From contig OZ219866.1 of the NCBI GenBank assembly GCA_964291675.2, forward strand, positions 1,056,001-1,120,000: DNA of 64,000 bases. Direction: 5' to 3'. A model generated the notes under the pieces. That model made no database searches, was not told the origin of the DNA, and worked only from the letters and a program-made list of their open reading frames with translations. This document shows, piece after piece, positions 1-10,278 of the stretch. A program made the position numbers and the translations under genes. Within the stretch, counting starts at the first letter, position 1, and each line of letters starts with the position of its first letter. This DNA comes from Alphaproteobacteria bacterium. Lineage in GTDB: Bacteria; Pseudomonadota; Alphaproteobacteria; MPNO01.

Positions 1-1020
1 ATGCTGCACTACAATTTCCCGCCCTATTCGGTCGGCGAGGCGAGCTTCCTGCGCGCCCCCGGGCGGCGCGAGATCGGCCACGGCAAGCTCGCCTGGCGCG
101 CGGTGCGGGCGATGATGCCGTCCAAGGACGACTTCCCCTACACCGTCCGCGTGGTCTCGGAGATCACCGAATCCAACGGCTCGTCGTCGATGGCCACCGT
201 CTGCGGCGCCTCGCTGGCGATGATGGATGCGGGCGTGCCCATCAGGGCGCCGGTCGCCGGGATCGCCATGGGCCTGATCAAGGAGGGCGAGCGCTTCGCC
301 GTCCTGTCCGACATTCTCGGCGACGAGGACCATCTGGGCGACATGGACTTCAAGGTCGCGGGTACCCGCGACGGGGTCACCGCGCTCCAGATGGACATCA
401 AGATCACCGGGATCACCGAGGAGATCATGCGCACCGCGCTGGAGCAGGCGCGCGACGGCCGGCTCCACATCCTCGACAACATGGACCGGGCGCTGTCGAG
501 CGCGCGCGAGGGGATCAGCGAGCACGCGCCGCGGATCACCGCGCTGAGCATCCCGCGCGATAAGATCCGCGAGGTCATCGGCACCGGCGGCAAGGTGATC
601 CGCGAGATCTGCGAGGTGACCGGCGCCAAGATCGACATCGAGGACGACGGGACCGTCAAGGTCGCGGCGGTCGATTCCGGGGCCGCGGACAAGGCGATCG
701 AATGGATCCGCGGCATCGTCGCCGAGCCCGAGGTCGGCGTGATCTATGGCGGCAAGGTGGTCAAGGTGGTCGATTTCGGCGCTTTCGTGAACTTCCTCGG
801 CGCGCGCGACGGCCTGGTGCACATCAGCGAGCTCGCGCCGCGCCGCGTCGGCAAGGTGACCGACGTGGTCAACGAGGGCGACGAGGTGAAGGTCAAGGTG
901 CTGGGTATCGACGACCGGGGCAAGGTGCGCCTGTCGATGAAGGTCGTCGACCAGGAGACCGGCGAGGACATCTCCGACAAGCGCGCCCAGCCCAAGGAGG
1001 CGGTGCCCGGCGGCGCCTGA
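1..1020 (+). CDS. pnp: Polyribonucleotide nucleotidyltransferase (PNPase), 3' part; 5' end lies outside the window
   Basis: [27 protein letters not shown] and GDMDFKVAG motifs, followed by KH and S1 domains. Confidence 0.98.
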   Translation: MLHYNFPPYSVGEASFLRAPGRREIGHGKLAWRAVRAMMPSKDDFPYTVRVVSEITESNGSSSMATVCGASLAMMDAGVPIRAPVAGIAMGLIKEGERFAVLSDILGDEDHLGDMDFKVAGTRDGVTALQMDIKITGITEEIMRTALEQARDGRLHILDNMDRALSSAREGISEHAPRITALSIPRDKIREVIGTGGKVIREICEVTGAKIDIEDDGTVKVAAVDSGAADKAIEWIRGIVAEPEVGVIYGGKVVKVVDFGAFVNFLGARDGLVHISELAPRRVGKVTDVVNEGDEVKVKVLGIDDRGKVRLSMKVVDQETGEDISDKRAQPKEAVPGGA

Positions 1021-1157
1021 GGGCGCCCGCCGCCGCCCGATCCCGGAGCGGACGCCGCGCCTGCGGCAATAGGCGCGGCGCGGTTTCTGCTGGCCGTCCG
1101 GGATTTCGTTCATATATTGGCTTGACGCGGCGCTTCCGGATCCCGAGGAGGCTGGAG

Positions 1158-2555
1158 CTGAGAGACCTCAAGCCCGTGACGATCTCCGGCAAGGAGGTCC
1201 CGCCGCTCGTGGAAGGCGGCAAGGGCATCGCAGTCTCCAATGGCGAGAGCTGCGGCGCCTGGGCGTCGGCGGGCGGGGTCGGCACCTTCTCCGGCGTCAA
1301 CGCCGATGCCTTCGATGCCGACGGCGCGCTGATCCCGGTCCGCTATGGCGGGCGCACGCGGCGCGACCGCCACGAGGAGCTGCTGGCCTACGCCATCCAG
1401 GGCGGCATCTCCCAGGCCCGCATCGCCCACGAGATGGCCGCCGGCCAGGGCCGCATCCACATGAACGTGCTGTGGGAGATGGCCGGCGCGGAGCGCGTGC
1501 TGCGCGGCGTGCTGACCGGCGCCAGGGGGCTGATCCACGGCGTCACCTGCGGCGCCGGCATGCCCTACCGCATCGCCGAGATCGCCGCCGAGCACAAGGT
1601 CTATTATTATCCGATCGTCTCCTCCGCGCGGGCTTTCCGCGCGCTTTGGAAGCGCGCCTATCACAAGTTCTCGCAGTGGCTGGGCGGGGTGGTCTACGAG
1701 GACCCCTGGCGGGCCGGGGGGCATAACGGGCTGTCCAACAGCGAGGACCCGAACGAGCCGCAGGAGCCCTTGCCGCGGGTCAGCGAGCTGCGTCAGACGA
1801 TGGCGCAGATGGGGCTCGACGAGACCCCGATCTTCATGGCCGGCGGGGTCTGGTATCTGCGCGAATGGGGCGACTGGTTCGACAACCCGGAAATCGGCCC
1901 CGTCGCGTTCCAGTTCGGTACCCGCCCCCTGCTCACCCGGGAGAGCCCGATCTCGCCGCAATGGAAACGCCGGCTGCTCGAGCTCAGGGAAGGCGACGTC
2001 TCGCTCAACAAGTTCAGCCCCACCGGGTTCTATTCCTCGGCGGTGTTCAACACCTTCCTCGACGAGCTGCGGGAGCGCTCGGAGCGCCAGATCAGCTTCG
2101 CCAGCGAGCCGATCGGGGCGCTCGACTGCGAGCTGCTGGTCGGGCCCCGCGCGCGGCGCATCTACGTCACCGCGAACGACAAGGCCTGCGCCGAGGCGTG
2201 GATGGGACAGGGCCACACCGAAGGTCTGCGCACCCCGGACTCGACGATCATCTTCACCACCCCCGAGAAGGCGCGCGAGATCCGCACCGACCAGGCCAAC
2301 TGCATGGGCTGCCTGTCGGCCTGCTTCTTCTCCAACTGGTCGCAGAACGAGTCCGGCACCACCGGGCGCAAGGCCGACCCCAGATCCTACTGCATCCAGA
2401 AGACGCTGCAGGACATCGCCCATGGCGGGCAGGTCGACGAGCAGCTGATGTTCGCCGGCCACAACGCCTATCGGTTCCGCGACGACCCGTTCTATTCCAA
2501 CGGCTTCGTCCCCACCGTCCGGCAGCTGGTCGACCGCCTGCTGACCGGCGACTGA
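1158..2555 (+). CDS. Nitronate monooxygenase/FabK-superfamily flavoprotein with a C-terminal Fe-S motif (FabX/UfaA-like)
   Basis: PLVEGGKG start, GVTCGAGMP, AGGHNG, FMAGGVW and QFGTRPL motifs; CMGCLSAC...YCI cysteine motif. Start placed at CTG 1158, after the GAGGAGG Shine-Dalgarno at 1145-1151. Confidence 0.8.
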   Translation: MRDLKPVTISGKEVPPLVEGGKGIAVSNGESCGAWASAGGVGTFSGVNADAFDADGALIPVRYGGRTRRDRHEELLAYAIQGGISQARIAHEMAAGQGRIHMNVLWEMAGAERVLRGVLTGARGLIHGVTCGAGMPYRIAEIAAEHKVYYYPIVSSARAFRALWKRAYHKFSQWLGGVVYEDPWRAGGHNGLSNSEDPNEPQEPLPRVSELRQTMAQMGLDETPIFMAGGVWYLREWGDWFDNPEIGPVAFQFGTRPLLTRESPISPQWKRRLLELREGDVSLNKFSPTGFYSSAVFNTFLDELRERSERQISFASEPIGALDCELLVGPRARRIYVTANDKACAEAWMGQGHTEGLRTPDSTIIFTTPEKAREIRTDQANCMGCLSACFFSNWSQNESGTTGRKADPRSYCIQKTLQDIAHGGQVDEQLMFAGHNAYRFRDDPFYSNGFVPTVRQLVDRLLTGD

Positions 2556-2572
2556 GCCCTCCCTCCCGGTTA

Positions 2573-2589
2573 TTTGACTTGTTCCAAAC
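2573..2589. promoter_or_regulatory. Weak Irr-box (ICE)-like site upstream of irr
   Basis: ATTTGACTTGTTCCAAA versus consensus TTTRGAAYNRTTCYAAA; the right half is perfect and the left half has three mismatches. Confidence 0.35.
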
Positions 2590-2648
2590 TGCGGCGGTCT
2601 CTATTGTAATTGAAGTGTAATGACCGGCCCGGCATACGAGTTCCGGCG

Positions 2649-3080
2649 ATGCAACGCTCCTATACGCCGCTGATCGAGACGCTGAGGCGCCATGGCCTGC
2701 GCCCGACCCGCCAGCGCCTCGCGCTGGCCAAGCTGCTGTTCACCGGAGCCAACCGCCATGTCAGCGCCGAGCGTTTGCACGAGGAGGCGCTCGGCGCCGG
2801 GGCGAGCGTCTCGCTGGCGACCGTCTACAACACGCTGAACCAGTTCACCGCCGTCGGCCTGCTGCGCGAGGTGATCGTCGATCCCGACCGGTCCTATTTC
2901 GACACCAACACGGCCGATCATCATCACCTGTACTTCCAGGACACCGGCCGCCTCGAGGACATCGAGGCTGCGGAAGTGCGGATCGGCGAGCTGCCCGACC
3001 CACCGGCCGGGACGACGATCGCCAGGGTCGATCTGGTCATCCGCCTGACCGGCCGCCCGGACCGGCCCGGCGGTCGTTAG
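2649..3080 (+). CDS. irr: Iron response regulator Irr (Fur family)
   Basis: GLRPTRQRLALA, VSLATVYNTLNQF and YFDTNTADHHHLYF (His triad) are typical of alphaproteobacterial Irr; in-frame ATG at 2649. Confidence 0.9.
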   Translation: MQRSYTPLIETLRRHGLRPTRQRLALAKLLFTGANRHVSAERLHEEALGAGASVSLATVYNTLNQFTAVGLLREVIVDPDRSYFDTNTADHHHLYFQDTGRLEDIEAAEVRIGELPDPPAGTTIARVDLVIRLTGRPDRPGGR

Positions 3081-3092
3081 AACCATTCCAAC
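3076..3092. promoter_or_regulatory. Irr-binding iron control element (ICE) upstream of katG
   Basis: GTTAGAACCATTCCAAC matches TTTRGAAYNRTTCYAAA at 15 of 17 positions, is dyad symmetric, and lies immediately upstream of a TTGACC -35-like hexamer (3096-3101). Confidence 0.7.
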
Positions 3093-3164
3093 CTATTGAC
3101 CCTCATCGCCGACTCCCTGTAAATGTGCTCATCGGCGCCTGACGGCGGTGGCGCGAACGCATGA

Positions 3165-5432
<2,268 letters not shown>

Positions 5433-5463
5433 TCCCGCAGGCAGGGTACGAAGCTTCCAGTCC

Positions 5464-5499
5464 GCGGCCCGGCCGGCGATCGGCCGGGCCGCATTCTTT
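5464..5499 (+). terminator. Probable intrinsic terminator after katG
   Basis: 12-bp stem GCGGCCCGGCCG / CGGCCGGGCCGC followed by ATTCTTT. Confidence 0.55.
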
Positions 5500-5511
5500 G
5501 GGGGATTGCCG

Positions 5512-5934
5512 ATGGCGTTCAGCGCCTATCTGTTCTTCGACGGCGATTGCCGGGAAGCGTTCGAGCTCTACCGCTCGGTGTTCGGCGGCGAGTTCCAGGT
5601 GTTGCAGACCTTCGCCGACGGGCCGCCGGATCTCGGCGTGCCGGATTCGGAGAAGGACCGGATCATGCACGTCTCCCTCGCGGTCGGATCGGCCGTGCTG
5701 ATGGGCAGCGACCACTGCTCCGCCTTCGGCCCGCCGCCGGTCCGGGGCACCGACTTCGCGATCTCCATCGCCGGCGAGAGCAGGGAACAGTGCGACGAGA
5801 TGTTCGCCAGGCTGTCGCAGGGCGGCGAGGTCAGGATGCCGATGCAGGAGACCTTCTGGGGCGCCTATTTCGGCAACTGGACCGACCGCTACGGCGTCGG
5901 CTGGATGATCAGCTACGAGCTGCCGCGGGAGTAG
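5512..5934 (+). CDS. VOC/PhnB-family (glyoxalase-like) protein
   Basis: AYLFFDGDCREAFELY, IMHVSL, LMGSD and MPMQETFWGAYFG...DRYGVGWMI motifs. Confidence 0.9.
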   Translation: MAFSAYLFFDGDCREAFELYRSVFGGEFQVLQTFADGPPDLGVPDSEKDRIMHVSLAVGSAVLMGSDHCSAFGPPPVRGTDFAISIAGESREQCDEMFARLSQGGEVRMPMQETFWGAYFGNWTDRYGVGWMISYELPRE

Positions 5935-5936
5935 CC

Positions 5937-6050
5937 GGGCGTCCCTCGATACGCCCCCTTCGGAGGCTACTCGGGGTGAGGGGGTTTCTTCCGCCGCACC
6001 AACCCACCCTCATCCTGAGCAGCGGCGAAGCCGCGTATCGCAGGACGGCC
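5937..6050. repeat. Palindromic intergenic repeat family A, copy 1 (REPIN/MITE-like)
   Basis: ~45-bp inverted arms (GGGCGTCCCTCGATACG...GGGGTGAGGG / CCCTCATCCTGAG...CGTATCGCAGGACGGCC), each with an internal hairpin; near-identical to 11028-11144. Confidence 0.85.
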
Positions 6051-6071
6051 GCGTCTGCGGTTTCCCCAAGC

Positions 6072-6091
6072 CGTCATGCCCGGGCATGACG
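6072..6091. repeat. Collapsed CGTC-type palindrome (family B)
   Basis: Perfect 20-bp palindrome CGTCATGCCCGGGCATGACG; its ends match the termini of the element at 10123-10217. Confidence 0.75.
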
Positions 6092-6104
6092 CGGTGAGCG
6101 TGCC

Positions 6105-6437
6105 CTAGCCGAGTATGGCGGCGAGCCGGGCGAGCACGTCGTCGATGACGTGCTCCGGCACCGTGTCGACACGTCTCCCGTTCCTGGCGCCGAGGTCGAG
6201 GGCGCGAGGCTGGTCGCAGCGGATCACGCCCGTGGTGCGCGTGCCCGCGCCTTCCAGGGAAACCGCAAAACCTCGCCTGCGTGCGAAGTTCCCGCCGGTG
6301 GTGATGGGCACGACGACGGGCGTCCCGGTCAGCCGGTTGAACGCCTCGGGCGATACGATCAGTACCGGGCGGGTGCCCTGTTGTTCATGGCCGGCGGTGG
6401 GATCCAGGCTGACGAGCCAGATGTCTCCCCGCTTCAC
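6105..6437 (-). CDS. pemK: PemK/MazF-family endoribonuclease toxin
   Basis: KRGDIWLVSLDPTAGHEQQGTRPVLIVSP and TTGVIRCDQPRALD motifs; GTG start overlaps the antitoxin stop (TAGTG). Confidence 0.95.
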   Translation of the reverse strand: MKRGDIWLVSLDPTAGHEQQGTRPVLIVSPEAFNRLTGTPVVVPITTGGNFARRRGFAVSLEGAGTRTTGVIRCDQPRALDLGARNGRRVDTVPEHVIDDVLARLAAILG

Positions 6438-6691
6438 TACAACAGCTCGTTGCCGACCGGTCTGGCATCCAGCCAGGCCCGGTCGTCGTCGGAAGGAGCG
6501 CCCTCTTCGCACTGCGCCAGAAGCTCGTCGAGCGTGTAGCTCGGACGCGTCCTGGGTTCGACGATCAGGCGACCGTTCTCCACCGCGATATTCACCCTGG
6601 CCCCCACCCCAAGCTCCAGCAGATCGAGCAGCGCCGGGGGCACCGCGAGCATGACGGAACCGCCGACCCTGCGCAGATTCGTCGTATGCAT
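6437..6691 (-). CDS. pemI: PemI/Kis-like AbrB/MazE antitoxin
   Basis: MHTTNLRRVGGSVMLAVPPALL...PSYTLDELLAQC...WLDARPVGNELL; directly upstream of the toxin. Confidence 0.95.
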   Translation of the reverse strand: MHTTNLRRVGGSVMLAVPPALLDLLELGVGARVNIAVENGRLIVEPRTRPSYTLDELLAQCEEGAPSDDDRAWLDARPVGNELL

Positions 6692-6703
6692 GGGCGCCCC
6701 CTT

Positions 6704-6721
6704 GTTTTACAAAAATATAAC
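6704..6721 (-). promoter_or_regulatory. pemIK autorepression operator
   Basis: AT-rich imperfect 18-bp palindrome (GTTATATTTTTGTAAAAC on the minus strand) 12 bp upstream of the pemI ATG; resembles the parD/kis-kid operator repeats as recalled. Confidence 0.7.
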
Positions 6722-6831
6722 CGTGTCCGTCCGGTAAGGCAAATTCCCCCGGGCCATTCCGGGGCGCGGTTCGCCTGGCGGGCGAAATGCGCTAGCTTGC
6801 CGGGCTTCCGATTTCGAGGGGGAAGACGGCG

Positions 6832-7692
6832 ATGGACTGGACGAGGCGGCGCGAGCGCTACCGTGGGGTGCTCGAAGGCGGGGAGTGCATCCACCCGGGC
6901 TCGGTGTACGATCCGATCTCGGCCCGCATCGCCGAGGATCTCGGCTTCGAGGTCGGCATGTTCGCCGGCTCCATCGCCTCGATGACGGTGCTCGGCGCGC
7001 CCGACCTGATCGTCATGACGCTGAGCGAGTTCGCCGGCCAGGCCTACCGCATCTGCCGCGCCGGCGACCTCGCGCTGATGTGCGACGCCGATCACGGCTA
7101 CGGCAACGCGCTCAGCGTGATGCGCACGGTCGAGGAGCTGGAGGCCGCCGGCGTCGCCGCGTTCACCATCGAGGATACCGAGCTCCCCGCGCCCTACGCG
7201 GCCGACGGGCCGCGGCTGCTCACCCTCGACGAGGGTGTGGGCAAGATGAAGGCCGCGCTCGCCGCCCGCAGCGACAAGCGCCTGGCGATCGCCGGGCGCA
7301 CCAGCGCCGCCACCATCGCCGGCATGGACGAGGCGCTCGGCCGCATCGCGGCCTACGAGGCGGCCGGGGTCGACGCGGTGTTTCTCACCGGCATCAGAAC
7401 GAAGGCCCAGGTCGAGGCCGTCGCCGCGACCGTGGACATCCCGGTGATCCTCGGCGCGGCGGGGCCGGAGATCCAGGACCTCGACTATCTGGCGGCCAAC
7501 GGCGTGCGCATCTGCCTGCAGGGGCACCAGCCCTTCATGGCCGCCGTCCGGGCGGTGCATGCGACGCTGAAGGCGCTGCGCGCCGGCACGCCGGCCGCCG
7601 AGCTCGAGGGGGTGGCCTCGCCCGAGCTGATGCGGACCGTCACCCGCGACGGCGACTACCGGCGCTGGATCGAGGACTATCTCGGCGGATGA
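6832..7692 (+). CDS. Isocitrate lyase/PEP mutase superfamily protein, oxaloacetate decarboxylase-like
   Basis: SVYDPISARIAEDLGFE, DADHGYGNALSV and TIEDTELP motifs; lacks the PepM EDKxxxxxNS motif and the ICL/PrpB KKCGH motif. Confidence 0.85.
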   Translation: MDWTRRRERYRGVLEGGECIHPGSVYDPISARIAEDLGFEVGMFAGSIASMTVLGAPDLIVMTLSEFAGQAYRICRAGDLALMCDADHGYGNALSVMRTVEELEAAGVAAFTIEDTELPAPYAADGPRLLTLDEGVGKMKAALAARSDKRLAIAGRTSAATIAGMDEALGRIAAYEAAGVDAVFLTGIRTKAQVEAVAATVDIPVILGAAGPEIQDLDYLAANGVRICLQGHQPFMAAVRAVHATLKALRAGTPAAELEGVASPELMRTVTRDGDYRRWIEDYLGG

Positions 7693-8879
7693 CTTCGCGC
7701 CGCCATGCCGAGATCGCGGGCGCCGGATTCGCCGGGCTGGTCGCCGCCATCGCGCTCGCCGACCGCGGCTGGACCGTCCGGGTGCATGAGCGCGCCGATG
7801 CGCTTCGCGCCTTCGGCGCCGGCATCTTCATCTGGGAGAACGGGCTCCGGGTGCTGAAGGCGATCGGCGCCTATGACGATGTGCTTGCCGGCTCGCATGA
7901 CGGCGAGGTGTACGAGGTCCGCGACCGCGACCGGGTGGTCGTCGAGACCGCGTTCAACCGCGCCATGGGCAGCCGTATGCTGACCATGACCCGCCAGACG
8001 CTGTACGCCGCGATCCTCGGCCAGGCCGAGCGCCGCGGCATCGAGATCCTGACCCGCTCCGAGGTCGTCGGCGCCGAGCCCGCGGGCGTGCTGCTGACCG
8101 CCGGTGGCGGGCGTCACGCGGCCGATCTCGTCATCGGCGCCGACGGCGTGCACTCGCGGGTGCGGGACTCGCTGGGTTTGCAGAAGGAGCGCGACACCGG
8201 CACGCTCGGCCTGGTCCGCGTGCTCGCCCCGCGCTGCCTCGACGAGCTCGGCCCCGGGCGCTGGGACCGGGTGATCGATTTCTGGAACCTGCCGCAGCGC
8301 TCGCTCCGCATCCTCTACGTGCCCTGCAACGCCGACGACCTCTATCTCGCGATGATGGCGCCGGTCGAGGACGCAGAGGCGACCGCAATTCCGGTGCGCG
8401 CCGATATCTGGGTGCCGGCCTTTCCCCAGCTCGAGCCGGCGATCCGCCTTCTGTCGGCCGAGGGGCGCTACGACGCCTACGAGACCGGCAAGCTCACGCG
8501 CTGGTCGCAGGGAAGGGTGGCGATCGTGGGCGATTCCGCGCACGCCATGGTGCCCTCGCTGGGCCAGGGGGCGGGGCTCGCGATGGCCAACGCGCTCGGC
8601 CTCGCCGTCGCGCTCGACGAGGTTCCCGACATCGCCGATGCGCTCGCCCGCTGGGAGGCGCGGGAACGGCCGCGCACCGAGCGCACCCAGGACCTGTCCG
8701 CCAGGATCGCCCGCGACCGGCTGGAGACGGCCGGGCGGATCTGGTCGGACGAGACGACTCGAACCGCTTGCAGCGTGCCGACCGGCACCGAACACCTGCC
8801 GCACGGTGTCGACGGCTTGCCAGATGCCCCACAGTCGCGGCTTGATGGCCGGGACAGGGCGATGCGGACGGGAGGGTGA
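7689..8879 (+). CDS. FAD-dependent oxygenase, 2-methyl-3-hydroxypyridine-5-carboxylate oxygenase (MHPCO)-like
   Basis: AEIAGAGFAGL, LRAFGAGIFIWENGLRVL, GADG, WDRVIDFWN, RILYVPCN, RYDAYET and GDSAHAM.P.LGQGAG resemble recalled MHPCO sequence end to end; ATGA overlap with the upstream gene. Confidence 0.8.
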   Translation: MTSRRHAEIAGAGFAGLVAAIALADRGWTVRVHERADALRAFGAGIFIWENGLRVLKAIGAYDDVLAGSHDGEVYEVRDRDRVVVETAFNRAMGSRMLTMTRQTLYAAILGQAERRGIEILTRSEVVGAEPAGVLLTAGGGRHAADLVIGADGVHSRVRDSLGLQKERDTGTLGLVRVLAPRCLDELGPGRWDRVIDFWNLPQRSLRILYVPCNADDLYLAMMAPVEDAEATAIPVRADIWVPAFPQLEPAIRLLSAEGRYDAYETGKLTRWSQGRVAIVGDSAHAMVPSLGQGAGLAMANALGLAVALDEVPDIADALARWEARERPRTERTQDLSARIARDRLETAGRIWSDETTRTACSVPTGTEHLPHGVDGLPDAPQSRLDGRDRAMRTGG

Positions 8880-8882
8880 ACC

Positions 8883-10049
8883 ATGCGCCGCTACGATGCG
8901 CTGGAGGCGATCGCGCCCAGGGTGGGCGACGCCCTGGTGGTGACCAACCTCGCCAACACGGCGACCGAGTGGCGCACGCTGCGCCCGCATGACGGCAATC
9001 TCTACTTCGTCGGCATGGGGATGGTGACGCCCTACGCGCTGGGGCTCGCGCTCGCCCTGCCGCATCGCCGCGTGCTCGCCTTCGACGGCGATGGCGGCAT
9101 CCTGTTCGAGATGAGCGTGCTGGGGACGCTCGCCCAGTCGGCGCCGAAGAATCTCTGCGTCGTGGTGCTCGACAACGAGGGCTACGTCTCGACCGGCAAG
9201 TGGCAGTCGGTCGCCTCGTTGTCGGCCGGGCCGGTCGACATCGCCGGCGTCGCGCGCGCCTCGGGGCTTGCCAATGTCTCCGAGGTGTCGACGGTCGAGG
9301 CGTTCGAGGCCGAGGTCGCTTCCGGGCTCGCGCGCGAGGACGGGCCGACCGTGATCGTCGCCAAGACCAGCGTCGAGCAGGCCTTCGTCGGCACCTCGCC
9401 CTCGGACGGCAAGGAGAACAAGTACAGCTTCGTCCGCCATGTCGAGGGGCTGGAGGGCAAGGCGATCCTCAAACCGTCGGCGCGCGAGCACGGCGAGCCG
9501 CCGAGGCCCGACCCCGAGTTCAGCCCGGTGGGGGACGACGATGCGTTCGGCGAGGTGCTGTTCGACGGGCTGCGCGAGAATCTCGTCGATTTCGTGATCG
9601 GCCTGCCGTGCAGCGGCTTCGCGCACACGCTGCAGCGCTGCATGGACGACCAGTCGATGCACTACGTCGCCGTCGCCAACGAGGGCACCGGGATCGGCAT
9701 CTGCGCCGGCGCCTGGCTCGGCGGCAAGACGCCGGCTGCGGTGATCGAGAATTTCGGCGTCTTCGCCGCGACCTACCAGCTGATGCGCGGGCACTACACC
9801 TTCGGCATCCCGACGCTGCTGATGACCGAGTACCGGGGCGACGGCGGCGAGACCGAGTTCTTTGGCGATTGCGGCGACATGACCGAGCCGCTGTTGCAGG
9901 CGACGCGGATCAACTACCGCGTGGTGCGCGACATCCACCAGCTCAAGCCGGCGATCCGCGACGGGCTGAGATGGATGAATTTCGGCCTCCGCCCCTACGC
10001 CGTGCTGCCGGGCTACGACCTGTCCCGGCCCCGGCCGCCGAAGGGCTAG
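8883..10049 (+). CDS. TPP-dependent decarboxylase, ComE-ComD (beta-alpha) fusion, sulfo-/phosphonopyruvate decarboxylase-like
   Basis: N-half has GDGG...DN (PP domain, ComE-like); C-half has DFVIGLPCS...ANEGTGIGICAGAWLGGK (PYR domain, ComD-like). Confidence 0.85.
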   Translation: MRRYDALEAIAPRVGDALVVTNLANTATEWRTLRPHDGNLYFVGMGMVTPYALGLALALPHRRVLAFDGDGGILFEMSVLGTLAQSAPKNLCVVVLDNEGYVSTGKWQSVASLSAGPVDIAGVARASGLANVSEVSTVEAFEAEVASGLAREDGPTVIVAKTSVEQAFVGTSPSDGKENKYSFVRHVEGLEGKAILKPSAREHGEPPRPDPEFSPVGDDDAFGEVLFDGLRENLVDFVIGLPCSGFAHTLQRCMDDQSMHYVAVANEGTGIGICAGAWLGGKTPAAVIENFGVFAATYQLMRGHYTFGIPTLLMTEYRGDGGETEFFGDCGDMTEPLLQATRINYRVVRDIHQLKPAIRDGLRWMNFGLRPYAVLPGYDLSRPRPPKG

Positions 10050-10122
10050 GTGTGTTGCGCAAGCTCCTCCGCTCGAGGTCGGCCCAATACGCGATCTCTC
10101 TGGCCACGCCCTTGCCACAACT

Positions 10123-10217
10123 CGTCATGCCCGGACTTGTTCCGGGCATCTCTCTCCGCAAGGCGCGCCCGATGCGGGGCAAGCGCGTGGATGGCCGGAA
10201 CAAGTCCGGCCATGACG
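10123..10217. repeat. CGTC-type palindromic repeat, family B (paired inverted units)
   Basis: 28-bp inverted arms CGTCATGCCCGGACTTGTTCCGGGCATC / GATGGCCGGAACAAGTCCGGCCATGACG. Confidence 0.85.
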
Positions 10218-10278
10218 GGTCAGGGGTCCTCGACGTACGGATCGTGACTTCTCGAACAGGCCTCCAGGGAATGCCCCG

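Noticed and set aside
6832-10049. Phosphonate biosynthesis cluster (PepM plus phosphonopyruvate decarboxylase)
   Set aside because: The ICL-superfamily protein lacks the PepM EDKxxxxxNS signature (it has TIEDTELP, oxaloacetate-decarboxylase-like), and no other phosphonate genes are present
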